Shown here: positions 1 to 12,726 of the stretch, one piece after another
Numbering within the stretch: the first letter of the stretch is position 1
Layout of the letters: each line of letters opens with the position of its first letter
DNA from: Neovahlkampfia damariscottae
Lineage: Eukaryota
Assembly: GCA_016618085.1 (NCBI GenBank)
Contig: JABLTG010000001.1
Location: forward strand, 419,621-439,620
Direction of reading: 5' to 3'
DNA: 20,000 nt
Position numbers and translations under genes: made by a program
Notes under the pieces: generated by a model
The model's input: only the letters and a program-made list of their open reading frames with translations
Told to the model about the DNA's origin: nothing
The model's database searches: none

Positions 1-1447
1 GAAACGTATTCGGAATCTAAATCTGAAAAACTGAAAATAAAATTAGTTCATTTTTGATTGAATTACTCTTTCATTAGACTTGTAATATTGCCAAAATCAA
101 AAACATTCATCAATAATTGACATCCAAATCTATCAAATTGATCATTGGTTGAAAATAAAATTTCTTTGATGGAATTGGTTGTGTATAAACTTTTGAAGGC
201 TTCCATAAATTCTGATTGTCTTGTTTCATATTTAACACATATACTTGCTATTTCAATCAAAATACCTTTAAATGAAGCTAATAAAGAAATGTGTGTTAAA
301 TAATTTTTCCATTTTTCTTACAAAAGATTTTTCGAAAGTCTTCTTTTATTTTATCAAAACTAGCTTCAAATAAGTCTTTTGGTAATCTTTTTATCAAGTT
401 TCTAACACCAAATTGACCAGTGTATGAAACACATAACTTTCTAAAAGTTTTTTTGATTGATTTATAAAGTTCTAAAATTGTATCATCGGAGCATGTCTAT
501 GAAAAAATTCAATAAAAAAAAGAGATATTCAAACCAAAATTAAAGCATCTATAACTCTTGAAGCAATTGTATGATCCATTGCATTTGTAATCAATGTTGA
601 TTTTAAATTTTTAAATAAAAAATCAATAATTTTTTTATAATGTTCATCATCATTTGGATATGTATTTAAAAATGAAATCAAAACAGGACATGCAATAGGG
701 TCATACATCCATTGTGTTGGTTTTATATTTTCAAAAAATTGATTCAACATTTGATCAATATAACTATGAAATTCTTCAAATTCAAAAATCAATTCAATTA
801 TACTTCTTAAAACAAATGAACCATTTTTTTGAAATAATAAATCAGTCCATGAGTTTTTTAAAATATCTAAAGTATCTCTAATCATAAGTTTCATCATTGG
901 ATATCCATCATCTGTTTTTTCACCTTCTTGTTGTGATTTTTTTTCATTTTGTTCATTTTCTTGTTTAATGATTAAAATTGAACTTTGTAATAATTTTTGT
1001 AAAACAAAACTTGAATATTTACCAAAACAAAGTTGTGGTAAAAATTGATTAATTTCAGAGTATAACATTCTGATTTGTTTTTCAGTTGAAAGTTTGGTTA
1101 TTATTCTTTCTAATACTTTTGATGATTGTACATCATTCAATTGTTGAATAAATTCATTCACTCGATTTGGTAAAGAAGAAATTAAAGATGTGAAAACAGA
1201 TTCAGTAAAATTAATAATTTCTAAATATTGAATAGGTTGAATAATTTTTACCTTCTGGTGTTTGGAATTTATCTTTTTCAATTAACCTCTCTAATCTTCG
1301 ATAATAGGTCCATAAGTCATGGGACATTTTACGATGATTTAATCCTTCTTCTGTGAATTCCAAAACTCCAATTTTTTCAAATTCATCATTTTCAGCTTGG
1401 CTTGGCCTTTGAAGTACTTCTTCTTTGGTTTTCTTGTTTGTAAACAT
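1..1447 (-). CDS. NOP9: Nucleolar protein 9-like PUF/Pumilio-repeat protein, 3' end outside the window. Introns 1221-1251, 497-534, 278-321, 31-66.
   Basis: ATG at 1447 (MFTNKK). Four GT-AG introns join ORFs 1211-1483, 529-1281 and 63-260 in frame. PUF-like repeats LCFGKYSSFVLQKLL, LLFQKNGSFVLRSII and MDHTIASRVIDALI, plus N-terminal YYRRLE, resemble Nop9. Confidence 0.75.
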
Positions 1448-1621
1448 GAAAAAATTGACAAAACGGATGATTTCATTGGACAATTTCTAATATTCATGTT
1501 CAAATGATTTTTGTAAAAAAATATCAACAAAATTTATTTTTTTCTTTGTAGTTTTTTTTCTTGATTTTGATTGGACATTCAAATCACAACAGAAAATCGC
1601 AAACAAACTAATAACAATTGA
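1448..1621. promoter_or_regulatory. Bidirectional promoter with two CCAAT boxes
   Basis: 174-nt gap between divergent ATGs containing CATTGGAC (1474) and GATTGGAC (1569). Confidence 0.55.
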
Positions 1622-3025
1622 ATGGACATTATTGAAGAAAAACCAAAAGAGAAATTAGATGTTAATAAAATTATCAAAAAATTCTTCAAAGGATTTGGAG
1701 CTGGTTATATTCTTCCTTTGATTCCTTCACTCATTGGTTTTTTCATCAGAAGAATCGGAACTTTATTCACCAACAAAAAAGTGAAAGATAGTTTTATCAA
1801 AAAATTTGGAAATATAATAATATCTGTTGATTCAGCCAAATTTGGATTATCACTAGGTAACAAAATAGTTAACAAAATTCATTTTTTTTCTTAGGTACAA
1901 TTTCAGCTGCTTATCCAACTCTAAGACATATTTTTTCACAATTTACAAACAATAAATCCATTAGTACATTTTTGGCAGGTGCTTTATCCGGTTTAGCTAT
2001 TAATTTTGATTCAACTCATCACGGAAAAGAAAGAAGATTCATTTTATCTTTATATTTATTAACAAGAGGTTTAGAAACAATGTATGAAATTGGAGTAAAA
2101 AAAAACATTGTCAGAAAAATTGAAAATCTTGACGCAATACTATTCATAGTTTCATGTTATGAAATTATGTCAAGGTAAGTGATTAAAAAAAAAGTTATAA
2201 CCATTGTACAAGTTGGGTTTATTATCCAAAAGCATTACCAAAATCATACAATAAATGGATAACTTCAATGGCTGAAATAGAACCTGTTTTTTTGAAAATT
2301 GTTCGATTACAAAAAGATGGAGGATGGAATATTTGGAAAGATTCAACGGATGTAGCAAAAGAATATTGTCTTAGTAAAGGTATAGACCCAAAATTAGCGA
2401 ATCCAATTTTTGGTCCTGTTGCTTGTAACAAGGTTATTCATCCTGGGATTAGTTGTCCACAACATACTTTGGATAGATTGGTGTCTTCATTTAAATTATG
2501 TTTTTTGATGTATTTTCCAGTTCATTTATTACCTACATTGATTTTTAGAGTTCAAAAAGCTTTAGATAATCCAATAGAATTTTTGAAGATAACCTTACAG
2601 AATACAGTTCAATCAAGTGCCTTTTTGTCAACATTTATTGTTTTGATTTGGGGTTCTGTTTGTTTTTGGAGAAATGCCTTACAAGCAGGTTAGCAATTTC
2701 ATTTGTTTATTCATCTGTATTTTTAGATCGTTTGATTGGTCCATTGATTGGATGTGCTCTTTGTGGACTTAGTATTTTTATTGAAAAGAAATCAAGAAGA
2801 ATGGAATTAGCTCTTTATTGTATTCCAAGAGCTTTGAATTCTGTTTTTGAAAAGATATTAGATTATTACAAATGTAAAGAGTCCAAAGATAGATTGAGAA
2901 GAAGAGTGCAACTTGGTACCACTTTATTTAGTTTAGGACTTGGTTTAATTTCTTATAGTTTAGAATCAGACCATAACGTTATTGGTCCATCCATCAAAAA
3001 TGTAATGTTATATTTCTTGGAATAA
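1622..3025 (+). CDS. TMEM135: TMEM135/PXMP4-family (Tim17-like) multi-pass membrane protein. Introns 1857-1894, 2175-2212, 2689-2726.
   Basis: Three 38-nt GT-AG introns join four ORFs in frame. Motifs FLAGALSGLA, LSLYLLTR, YYPKALPKSYNKWI, CNKVIHPGISC, MYFPVHLLP, QSSAFLSTF and IEKKSRRMELALYCIPRAL are typical of TMEM135. Confidence 0.85.
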
Positions 3026-3046
3026 AAATTTATTTCATGAGATTTT

Positions 3047-4760
3047 TTAATCAATTAGAATCGATGCAACATTAGCAGTTAGAAAACATGCAATTGAACC
3101 TGTTACTAATGCTCTAAATCCAATTCTTGCCAAATCTTGTTTTCGACTGGGTGCCAAATTTCCAATAGATGCAATGATGATTCCAATGGCAGTCAAGTTC
3201 GAAAACCCACATAAACTGAAAAAATGGTTAATTAATGGATTATTTACGCATATGTTGCTGCAATTTCGAATCTTTTTGAAACATTTCCACTTGCAATCAT
3301 TTTTCCAAGTGCTTCATAAGCAACAAATTCGTTGATCACTGTTTTCTTTCCCAATAATTCTCCCATTTTCAAAGTTTCACTCCAATCGGAAATCCCCAAG
3401 AAAAGTGACAATGGTCTGAAGCAATACGATAAGAATAAGTCAAAAGTGACTGTAATTCCAAAGATAGAAAAAAATAATTGAATCATCCAATCACATAACC
3501 CAATGAGAGATATAAAGGCAATGAGTACAATTGCAATATTAATGGCAGACTGTCCTCCAAGTAAAGCACCGTTCGAAATCGAATCAAATAAATTGATAGC
3601 ATTATTTTCAACTTTTAATTTTATCGATCCTTTCGTCATTGATTCTTGTGTTTCTGGAAACATTAATTTTGAGCAAGCAATAGCAGCTGGGGCAGACATG
3701 ACCGAAGCAATTAATAAATGGCTTGCTTCAATCCCAAATGAAATATATGCTCCTAATGTCTGGTTAATTTTGTTAAAAAAATGATTGATATCATACACTT
3801 CCAGATACTGTTGCAAAACCTCCAGCCATAACTAAATGTAATTCAGACATTGTTAATGTTTCTAAAAATGGTTTGATGATCAACGGAGATTCAGTCATTC
3901 CAACAAAAACATTACAAGAAACAGATAATGCTTCTGAACCTGATATCTCCATTGTTTTGAACATTATCCAACCAAAAAATCCAACAACAATAGGTATTAT
4001 TTTTAAATAATACAGCATTGACATGAATGAACTAAAAAATATCACAATAGACAATCTATAAGAATGTTAAAAAAAAACAACCAATTGTTGTACACTTGGA
4101 AAGCGAAAGGATGATCTGTAAACTTTTGGCCCCAAACAAATTGAGATCCTAAATCTGCTAAATTTAAAAATTTCTGAGCAGTTGTTCCAAAAAATTCAAA
4201 TGTTTTAAATCCAAACTATTTTTTTTAACCAAAGAAACTTAATTTACTGTTGTTCTTATGACAAGCAAACCTACGAAAAATTGAAGAAAAAGGCCCCAAA
4301 TTATTGTTCTCCAATTGATTTTTTTTTGATTCGTTGAACATAAAAACATAAATAATAGGAAAAAACAAATTCCTGCTAAATTTAAGAAATTTTCAAATTT
4401 TAAGAAACAAAGAACGAGAATGTAGATGAAAGTGAATAAAAATATCAGCACTGTCAAAACGTTTTGGATGATAAATTTCAAATTTGAGGGTATTTTCCAT
4501 TGAATAATCTTCTTGACCATTTCATTGTTTGAAATTTCAGAAAATGATTCAATTATTCTTTCTTTCATTTTTGAGTTGTTAATATATTCCATTAAGAAAC
4601 TGAAAAATACAGAAAAAATATTCCAGTATTCTGGTTCGTTTGATTCTTTTACTTTTTCTTCTTGTTCATTTTCAGTTGTTTTATTATCAGAATATGTTGA
4701 TTCTAGTTGTATTTCTGGTAACTCAAAATCAGTGTTTTCAATGGAATCAATCTGCTGCAT
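3047..4760 (-). CDS. Concentrative nucleoside transporter (SLC28/CNT, NupC family). Introns 4216-4247, 4056-4093, 3760-3796, 3216-3247.
   Basis: Spliced product has INWRTIIWGLFLQF, FAFQVLSIVIFFSS, NVFVGMTESPLIIKPFL, SELHLVMAGGFATVSGS, ASVMSAPAA, INEFVAY and YALCGFSN, all CNT signatures. Stop TAA at 3049-3047. Confidence 0.93.
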
Positions 4761-5119
4761 GTCAAAAAATGATGGGTTGGAAAATGATTGGATAAACTTT
4801 ATTCACATTTTACCTCAGTTCTATGATTTCCATTCAGTTATTTTCAATTCCAGTGCTTCAATTTTTTATACCATGATGTTGAAAAAATTGTATGATCATA
4901 CTTATTTCCAATCAAAGTGTTACTCATTGATAAAGTTGTTTTTTTGACATTGCAATTATAAAGAAAACTACAACTGAAGACAAGTTAGTTACTGTTGAAT
5001 ATTGTCGCTTTGCTGTATTACTGAGGTATTGAAAAGGCAGTTCAATAATTTTGAAAGAAACTCCAAACTTAAAAAAAACAATTGTGGTTTGAAAAATAAA
5101 AAAACATTCATTGGTTAAA

Positions 5120-6307
5120 ATGGTTGACCTAACAAAAGATTCACTTTCGAATATTCACAAAGGTATAGTTGTTGAAAACCCTATTGTACAAATAATGGAT
5201 GCATCAACTGTAATCGTTAGTGATGGAAGAAACAGAATCAAGTTTTTTTTTTTTGATGTTAATTTTTTGGAAGAGTATTTCTCTCTGATGGTGAAAATTC
5301 AATTTTGGGGTATTTTTTAGGTCCTGGTATAAAAGAAAAATTCAAAAATATTGATGAACTATTCTACACAGTCCTCAAACTCACTGAATATGTTTTACAA
5401 CACACTGACAACATTTTTTTTGTTGTTATTTTTTCTTTTGAAGTAATTGAAAGGAGAGAAGGTGTCATTGGAAACCCAGGAATCTGTAAAACTATTTTTA
5501 TTTTTTTCATTTTTTTTTTTAGTAAACAACACAATGGCCAAAGAAAAAACATTTGAAAAAAAAGAACCAAATTGGATAGATACACTAAAAGTTCAAGAAA
5601 TTTCCACTTTGAATCCATATCAAAAAAATACAATTTTCAAAGGAACAGTCAATTTTATATCTGACATCACAGAATGGACTCAAGGAACACGTACAGGAAC
5701 AGTAGCTTATTGTGATATTTTTGATTCTTCATTAATTATTCGTTGTTTGATGTTTAATGATTATTGTAAAAAATTCCATCATCTTTTTGAAAAAGGTAAA
5801 GATTTCATCATCACAAATGGACAAGTAAAACCCAGCAACAGGAAATTTTCAACTTTGACAAATGATTATGAAATAGTTTTGAATGAGAACTCAACGGTCC
5901 ATCAACTAAAGTCAAATGAAGTATGTTGTTATTTTATTCATTTTTGGTTTTAGGATGATGGATTCTTGGAAGGAAAATCATTGGATATTTCCCTTTTTCC
6001 TTCTTTGGAATTCTCTTTTGATGTTTTGGTGCTAGTAAAGAACATTCGTCAAAAGAGAAAAGACAATTTGGAAGTACTATATTTGTTGATCGAAGATGAA
6101 TGGAAAAATGAAAGTATTTTGATACTTTCAAAAGAACATGCTAAATATTCAAAGATAGTGCCTGGAGATGTTTTGTTTGTAAAGAATGTGCAAAAATCAA
6201 GTGAAGGTGGAAATATGATTGAAACAGGATCCATGACTTCAATAATGATCAACTTACCAACAAATCAAGTGAAAACATTGTCTGCGAAATTTGAGTCCTC
6301 AATGTAG
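5120..6307 (+). CDS. Short replication protein A large-subunit (RPA70)-like OB-fold protein, about 361 aa. Introns 5242-5273, 5486-5522, 5921-5953.
   Basis: N domain (LTKDSL..PIVQI..VFLSDG..IGNP) and DBD-A (ISTLNPYQ..ITEW..IRCLMFND..KPSNRKF..NDYEI) resemble RPA70. These are followed by one divergent OB-like domain and a stop at 6307. Confidence 0.8.
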
Positions 6308-6559
6308 ATGGGTTTATGTTCAATGAAATTTCTTATCCAATCAGATAGGATTAATTTCATTTCTTTAAAGGAAAAAAGCAGAGCAAATGATTTCTTCAAA
6401 ACACTCAAATCATCAAAAATTAGTGATATTAATGTACAGCCACCTCAAATTTGTTGAGTACACTCAAAAGGAATTCGATTTGAATGAATGCGTAATCATT
6501 TTATTAGTAATTATTAGATCAACATTTTCTATATCATTCATCATTGTTTTAAAGAAATT

Positions 6560-7056
6560 CCGCTTCTATTTGCTGATAGTATTGATTATTATACGAACGG
6601 GAAAAGAGAAATATGATCAATTCCCAAAATGGGTTCTTGGAGGGCACATGATATTCAACACTACCTTTGATATTAATTCAATTTTGAATTCTGAATATTA
6701 TCTCTTCACAGTTGTTCTCAAGTTTGCTTTTTGAGAAGTAGATCTTTGGAATTTCATACCATATAATTTTTCAAAATATTGAAATTCTTTTTCTCGTTCT
6801 TCTTTTTTTTTGAATCTTCATCTGGGATTTCTATTTTATTCAACTCTAATTCTATATATCACGATGGTTTCCTTCATTTCATCGTTTAAAAAAGAAAGTT
6901 TTTTGAGAATTGAATTTACAAAATTAGTCAAGATTTCATCATTAACTTTGTTACCTCTAAATAAGTCACCAACTTGACCTTTTGCTCTGTCCTGATTGAA
7001 CTAAATTCTTTTATACTTTTCGTTCTGGCTTATTACACCTCATCAACACAAAACAT
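6560..7056 (-). pseudogene. Possible degenerate or multi-intron gene of unknown function
   Basis: ATG at 7056 lies about 12 nt from a CCAATCA box. A candidate intron leads to a protein-like frame (DRAKGQVGDLFRGNKVNDEILTNFVNSILKKLSFLNDEMKETI), but no consistent continuous model could be built downstream. The 3' boundary is approximate. Confidence 0.25.
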
Positions 7057-7178
7057 TTGGGTTGTTTTGATTGGTTACTATTTTAATCTTTTTAATTCAA
7101 GTTATTTAAACAGTTGTTTAAACATTTTGAAATAATCACTGTTTGAAATGAAAATTAATTTTATCAATTTTTTTTTTC

Positions 7179-8485
7179 TTGGAATTTTTTAAAATCAAAT
7201 TCTTTAAAGTTGGAAAAAATCAAAAAAATTACGAGATTTTCATTGGCTTGTTAAACTTGATGAAGAAGGAAATTTTTCAAAAAGAATTAATTATTCAAAC
7301 TTGGGTTTTGTACAACTTTGGAAAATATTATGGCAAAGAACACAACATAGAGAAAAAGTTTTTCAATGTTTTTGATTCAAAAAAGGAACACTTAGATTCT
7401 TTGAAAAAAAATTTGGATGAATTGGATTGTATGCTTGAAATTAGTGAAACATTACATCAAAATGTTGAACAAAATGTTAAACTTTTAGAATTTGATCTGA
7501 ATAAAAAAGATATAGTTTTGCCAGCAACATCAAAGAATGGAAAAGAACTTCCTTGGACTGAATATTTATTTATTCGTTTTAAATTTGCAACAGTAAAGAA
7601 TCATAATTCAAATTGAAGGAACAAAAAATAAATATGGCATTCTTGTTGACATTCAAAAGAAAGAGGATTGGGGGAAAGACCAAATACCATCAATTTTGAT
7701 TGGAAATGAGGGATTCATTGATAAACAAAAAATAACACTTTATGGACACGACACTGACGAAGAAATTGGATATATTGAGTTTCATGATCTAGATAAAAAA
7801 AGTGATGGACAAAAAAGCGATGATAGCTCTACATTGGGCAAATATGATTTTCAACCAAGTTCAGATGATGAAGTCATCGAAAATCCACAAGTTCTCACCA
7901 AACTGATAGAAATAAGCGATGTTCCAGCAAATTTCACTTTCGAAATGATCATGCAACAATTTACGAAATGGTCTCCAATTTCAGACAAAAAAATCTTTTT
8001 TTCACTTTTATGGTTGGATTTGTTGTTCGTCATCATATTGTCCATGATGCACGCTGCTCCAAATTTATCATTCACCATGTCCAACACAACTTTAAATTTT
8101 CTTTCTTGTGCTCTGGTGCTGCCGATTGTTCTCATCTGTTTTGTTGCTGCTCTTTTTTTGTTGCCAAGAACAAAACTGGATCCATTATAGGATTTTTCAA
8201 GAATTTCGTCAATTTTCCATTGGTGCTTGGTGAACTGGCAACACAGACAAAGTGCGATGTTATGGTGGAGTATTGGTTTCGTCAATTTATCTGAATACAC
8301 CAAAAGAAAACGTGGATTATGATGAAAAAACTGGAACTATTATCTTAAAAAAGCTCGTTGCTTGCTCAATTCCATCACCAAGACAATTTTGGGGAGAATT
8401 TACTGTAAATTAATCAAACTTATTGCACAATCCGGTTATTTGATTGAAGGATTCACTGAAGAAAATGAATATTCATTGTAAATAA
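7179..8485 (+). pseudogene. Fragmented unknown gene, possibly with an RRM-like segment
   Basis: Protein-like ORFs 7179-7616 and about 7619-8190 may join via an intron at 7576-7618. LIEISDVPANFTFEMIMQQFTKW looks like an RRM beta1-alpha1. Downstream pieces lie in different frames with stops. Confidence 0.3.
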
Positions 8486-8488
8486 ACT

Positions 8489-10983
8489 TTAATTTTTTTT
8501 TGCTAAGAATTCAAATTCTTCTTTTTCTTGAAGACCTTTTGGCACATCAACAATTCTCCAACTTGGCATTTCGACTAATTTAAAAATTGGATTGTGAACA
8601 TTATATTCTTCTTCAAATTCTACTTGTGCTGTTGATATTTTTTCTGCTGTTCCTTTTTCAACAGATCCCATTGGATCTAAATCATCTTTATGATAAAATA
8701 AAACCATTTTAGCAATTTGTGATTCTTTTAATGTTGGACAAATATCATCCCTTGCTTCCTTCTCTACTAAAATTTCTTTTGGCATCATTAATATATTTGA
8801 AATATCTTTTAACTTTTGTAATTTCAAATTTGTTAACTTTTCATCAGAAGCCCAATTTTCCAAAGAGGTAGCTCCCATTTTCAATTGAATTGAAGCCCCC
8901 ATCGTACAGTATTTATCATTCTTCAACATAAAATTCAAAAGATGATTCTCGATAAAATAAAAAACTTGTTGATAAAACTCTTTTATCAAATCTTTAAAAA
9001 CACCATTTGAATTCAATAAATACAAGTATTGTTTTAATATTTTGATTATTTGACTTGGATTCACTTTAACAAGTTTTCCATTCAATTCAACTTTATCATC
9101 AAACAAACTTGGTATTACAATTGGCATCAATTCCTTTAAAAAATGTTAAATCTATTTTCATTTACTTGATAAATGGAAAGTAAAATTCTTGAATATGTTT
9201 GACTTAAGAGATTTTCTAAATTTTCTTTAAATTCTTCAATTGGACTTTGAAATGAATCATCTTTGTTTTTATCAGTTATTTTTAATGTTAATTCATTAAA
9301 ATCTCCATCATAACTCATTCTCAAAAAAACATCTTTTTTTTGTTCACCTGATAAAGTTGGATTTTCTAATTTGATTAAATTGATCAAACAAGCAATATTT
9401 GACAACCAAAAACAATAATTCTTTGGTGTTGAACTTGATTTCTGAAAAGTCAAAAAAAAACAATCACTTACTTCAACCATTTGTTTAATTGCTTTAATAA
9501 TTTTTTTTGGAAATTGACTTTGTTCATTTACATTAAAACAATTGAATTCAATTAGAGACTTGTATAAAAGTGGAGCACTTGAAGGTATTCCTTTGTTAAA
9601 AACTGGTTCAATTGTTGATATTAAAAGATCAATCAAAACTCTTTCTTTTCCTTCTCTTTTTTGTGCTTCTAATTTTTTAGTTAACGCCAGTAATTCTTGT
9701 TCTTGTTTTGATAATTCACCTAATGCTTCTTGAAGTAAAGGTGTACTTACAGGAGCATCATTTGATTCTGTAGTTAATAAATTTGAAGTTGTTGTTGGTA
9801 TGTTAATTTTCTTTTTTGCAAATGAATTCGTTCTTTGCCTTATTGGTGTTTTTTTCAGAGGAGTCGTTGCTGAACGTAATTCGGTGAAAGAAATTTGATC
9901 ATCATCTTCTTCTGGAATTGGTGATTTTGTTTTTTTTGGTTCTGGAGAAGGTTGTACAACAGGTGTTTCAGCAGTCAATTCAATCTTTGGAATTGGTTCT
10001 GTTTGTTTGTTTTGACCATTGAGAATGTTAATTTTTGGTGAAATTAAATTTCCTTTGTCTTTTTCACTTAAATCCAATCCTGAAATGGAAGCCTGTCTTC
10101 TATGTGTACCTTTAGGTTTATCTGTTCCTGGTGTTGAAGTTGAATTCACTCTTTTATGTCCTTTTGGTCTTCCTTTTACAATTTTCTTTGTTAATTTTTC
10201 ATTATCCACTAAAGTAGGATCAAAATTTGATAAAGCATCATGTTGTAAAGACATATTTCTTCTTGTTTTTTGTTCAGTCACCTTTAAAGGTTTAATTTGA
10301 CTTGTTAGAACTTTTGAATCATCAAAAACATCATCTTCACCTTCAAAATCATCTTCACCATCTGAATTATCATCTTCCTCTCTAAAACTTGCATCTGTGT
10401 CTGTTGTTGCTTGTGAGTCTGTTATTGAATCTCCATTCTTATCTCTTCGAGTTATTTTAAGTGTTATTTTCATTTCTGTATTGTCTTCATCCCAACATTT
10501 TAAATTAAAAATCTTAACCGTTGTTTGTTCGTCTTTGTTTAAAGGTCCATATTCGCCCAAGTTTAAACCTAAACTACCAATATATTTTTTTTTTTTTAAA
10601 TTGAACAAATTAAACTTTTCTTTTTTAACCTATGATTTCAATAACGTTAATTGTTTTTAATTTTACTTCGTGAACGTAAAAATACATGAATTTTTTTTTA
10701 TAAGAAAGTCCATCTTTTTCTCTGAATAAAGTTCCTTTGAAACTGAAGTCAGCACCCCATGTCACTGTTTTATCTTTAACTAAACTTCTCATGGTTTCAC
10801 CAGAGTTTTTTTTTCCTTTTTTTTTTTGAAAAAATTTAACGATTATTTTTTTTCCGAACCTCTCTCCCAAACTACGTATAAAATAGAACCACTTTTTGGT
10901 AGTTTGGTTAAATATTCGATGGTAAACTCAATCATGACTTTATCTTTTGATGTTTTTGAACTTGGTAAATGCAACTTATTCAT
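8489..10983 (-). CDS. NT-type C2 (EEIG1/EHBP1) domain + disordered linker/coiled coil + Dilute (DIL) domain protein. Introns 10816-10859, 10630-10666, 9442-9471, 9134-9165.
   Basis: N-terminal LYVVWERGKKNSGET..VTW..F.FKGTL..IGSLGLNLGEY matches NT-C2. C-terminal FWLSN..QQVFYFIENHLLNFML..YCTMGASIQLKMGATSLENW..ICPTLKESQI matches the Dilute domain of myosin V/XI tails. Confidence 0.85.
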
Positions 10984-11048
10984 GTGAGGTTGTTGACAAC
11001 TAAAAGAAAAGTGTTTTGATTGGTTGAATATTTTTATTAGAAATGTCT

Positions 11049-12726
11049 TTAAATATCAGAATATTTGTTTGATAAATAATTTAAAAAATGTTTTGGATTT
11101 AGTTTTTCACCTGTCACATCAATCATTAAATCATCCAATGATAATGCACTTCCTTTTTGATGTATTTTTGAAATTAACCAATTTCTAATTTCCAAGAATT
11201 CACCTTTTTCAATATTTTCATTGACATTTGGAATTTCTTTGGTGATTGTTTTGAAAATTTGAGCTGCCAACTTTAAAAGTAAAAATTAAATATTTCTCGA
11301 ACCATTTGACCATAAAGATACGAAGGAAAATAACCATAAGCACCAAAATTCCAATGAATATCTTGTAATACACCATTTGTATCTGAATCTGGCTCAATTC
11401 CCAAATAATCTTTCATTTTTTGATTGAATATTTTTGGCAAATCTTCAACTTGATAAGTCCCATTGAATAATCCTTTTTCAATTTCATATCTAATTATAAT
11501 ATGAATCGGATATGTAACTTCATCAGATTCGACTCTAATGAAAGTTGGATTAATCACATTCACCTCTTTATAAGCCATTTCACAATTCAAATCTTTCGAT
11601 AAATGTGGAAACAATGATGTAACATTTTTGAAGATATTCTTCCAGAAAGGTTTAGAAAGTCCAATATGTCTTTCCCATAAAAGTGATTGACTTTCATGAA
11701 GAGACATACCGTGCGCATCACCTACAGGCAATCCAAAATACTGTTTTGGCAAATTCTGTTCATAAATTCCATGACCAGCTATCAAAACCGTAAGTACTGA
11801 TATTTCTTACATTCATGCATTGAAAATTTCAGTGATTGTAAAAAATTTTCTTTTTTGTATCGAGTTGTAATTCTGACATCCCAATTTGAAATAATTTTTG
11901 TTATTGGATGAGCACTTGAATCTAATCTTCCATGGTCAAAGGAAAATCCTAACATTTTTATAACATTTTCATTCAATTCTTTTTGTTTTGATATATCAAA
12001 TTCACCTTGATTCAAATAATTCTTTGATTCTTTATTGCGATGTTTTTTAATGAAAGGAATAATAAATTGTTTTATCTCTTCAAATATTGAATCATAATCT
12101 TTCATTGTCATTCCAGGATCATATTCATCAATCAAAACATCATAAGTATCTAAATTTGGATTAATTGATTTTGCAATGATTTTTTTTAGTTCTACCCATT
12201 CTTTTAGTATTGGTACTATTGCATTGAAGTTATTTTCTTGCTTTGCTTTTCTCCATGAACCAAATCCTTTGAACCTTAGTATTGTAATTTTTTTTGAAAT
12301 TTCTTCATTAACAAGCATTTTTTTTTTGTAATTTTTTTCAGCCATTTCAATTAATTTTTTATCAAAAATATTTAATTTTATATCTTTTGACTCTTCTTTC
12401 AAAATTTCCAAAACAGTTTTTAATTTTTTTGATGTTTGATGTTTGTGAATGATTTTATCCAAAATTTCAACTTGTTTTGACCTTATACTTGATCCTTGAG
12501 GTGGCATAACAACATGTTGATCCCACATAAGAAGTGCCATCACTGAATTTAAATAATATATTTTTTTTAATTTTCCTTTTAGTTCAGTCAAAGTTTTGTT
12601 GAAATTTTCAGATGGTAAAAGTTGAATTTCTGTTTTAATTTCTGGTGTTGCATTTATTGTGACAGTTGAAAAGTAACACTGTACAAAACATAAAAATAAA
12701 ATTACTCCTATCCTTCTACAGCTCAT
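11049..12726 (-). CDS. Carboxypeptidase Taq-like metallopeptidase (family M32) with predicted signal peptide. Introns 11779-11810, 11271-11302.
   Basis: LLMWDQ..MP, GRLDSSAHPI, DVRITTRY, spliced HESGH zinc motif, HESQS, IRVESDEVTYPIH, QDIHW and GYFPSY are M32 signatures. Confidence 0.93.

Noticed and set aside
3503..4947. Plus-strand ORFs 3503-3784 and 4513-4947
   Set aside because: Antisense shadows of the CNT gene with no recognisable motifs.
6387..6734. 115-aa hydrophobic plus-strand ORF
   Set aside because: I/F/L-rich composition is expected by chance in AT-rich DNA; it has no motif and shows no link to RPA DBD-C.
7105..7122. Palindrome TTTAAACA-GT-TGTTTAAA
   Set aside because: Short and AT-rich, so plausible by chance.
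9542..10660. Plus-strand ORFs 9542-9733, 10019-10300 and 10397-10660
   Set aside because: Antisense shadows of the NT-C2/Dilute gene.
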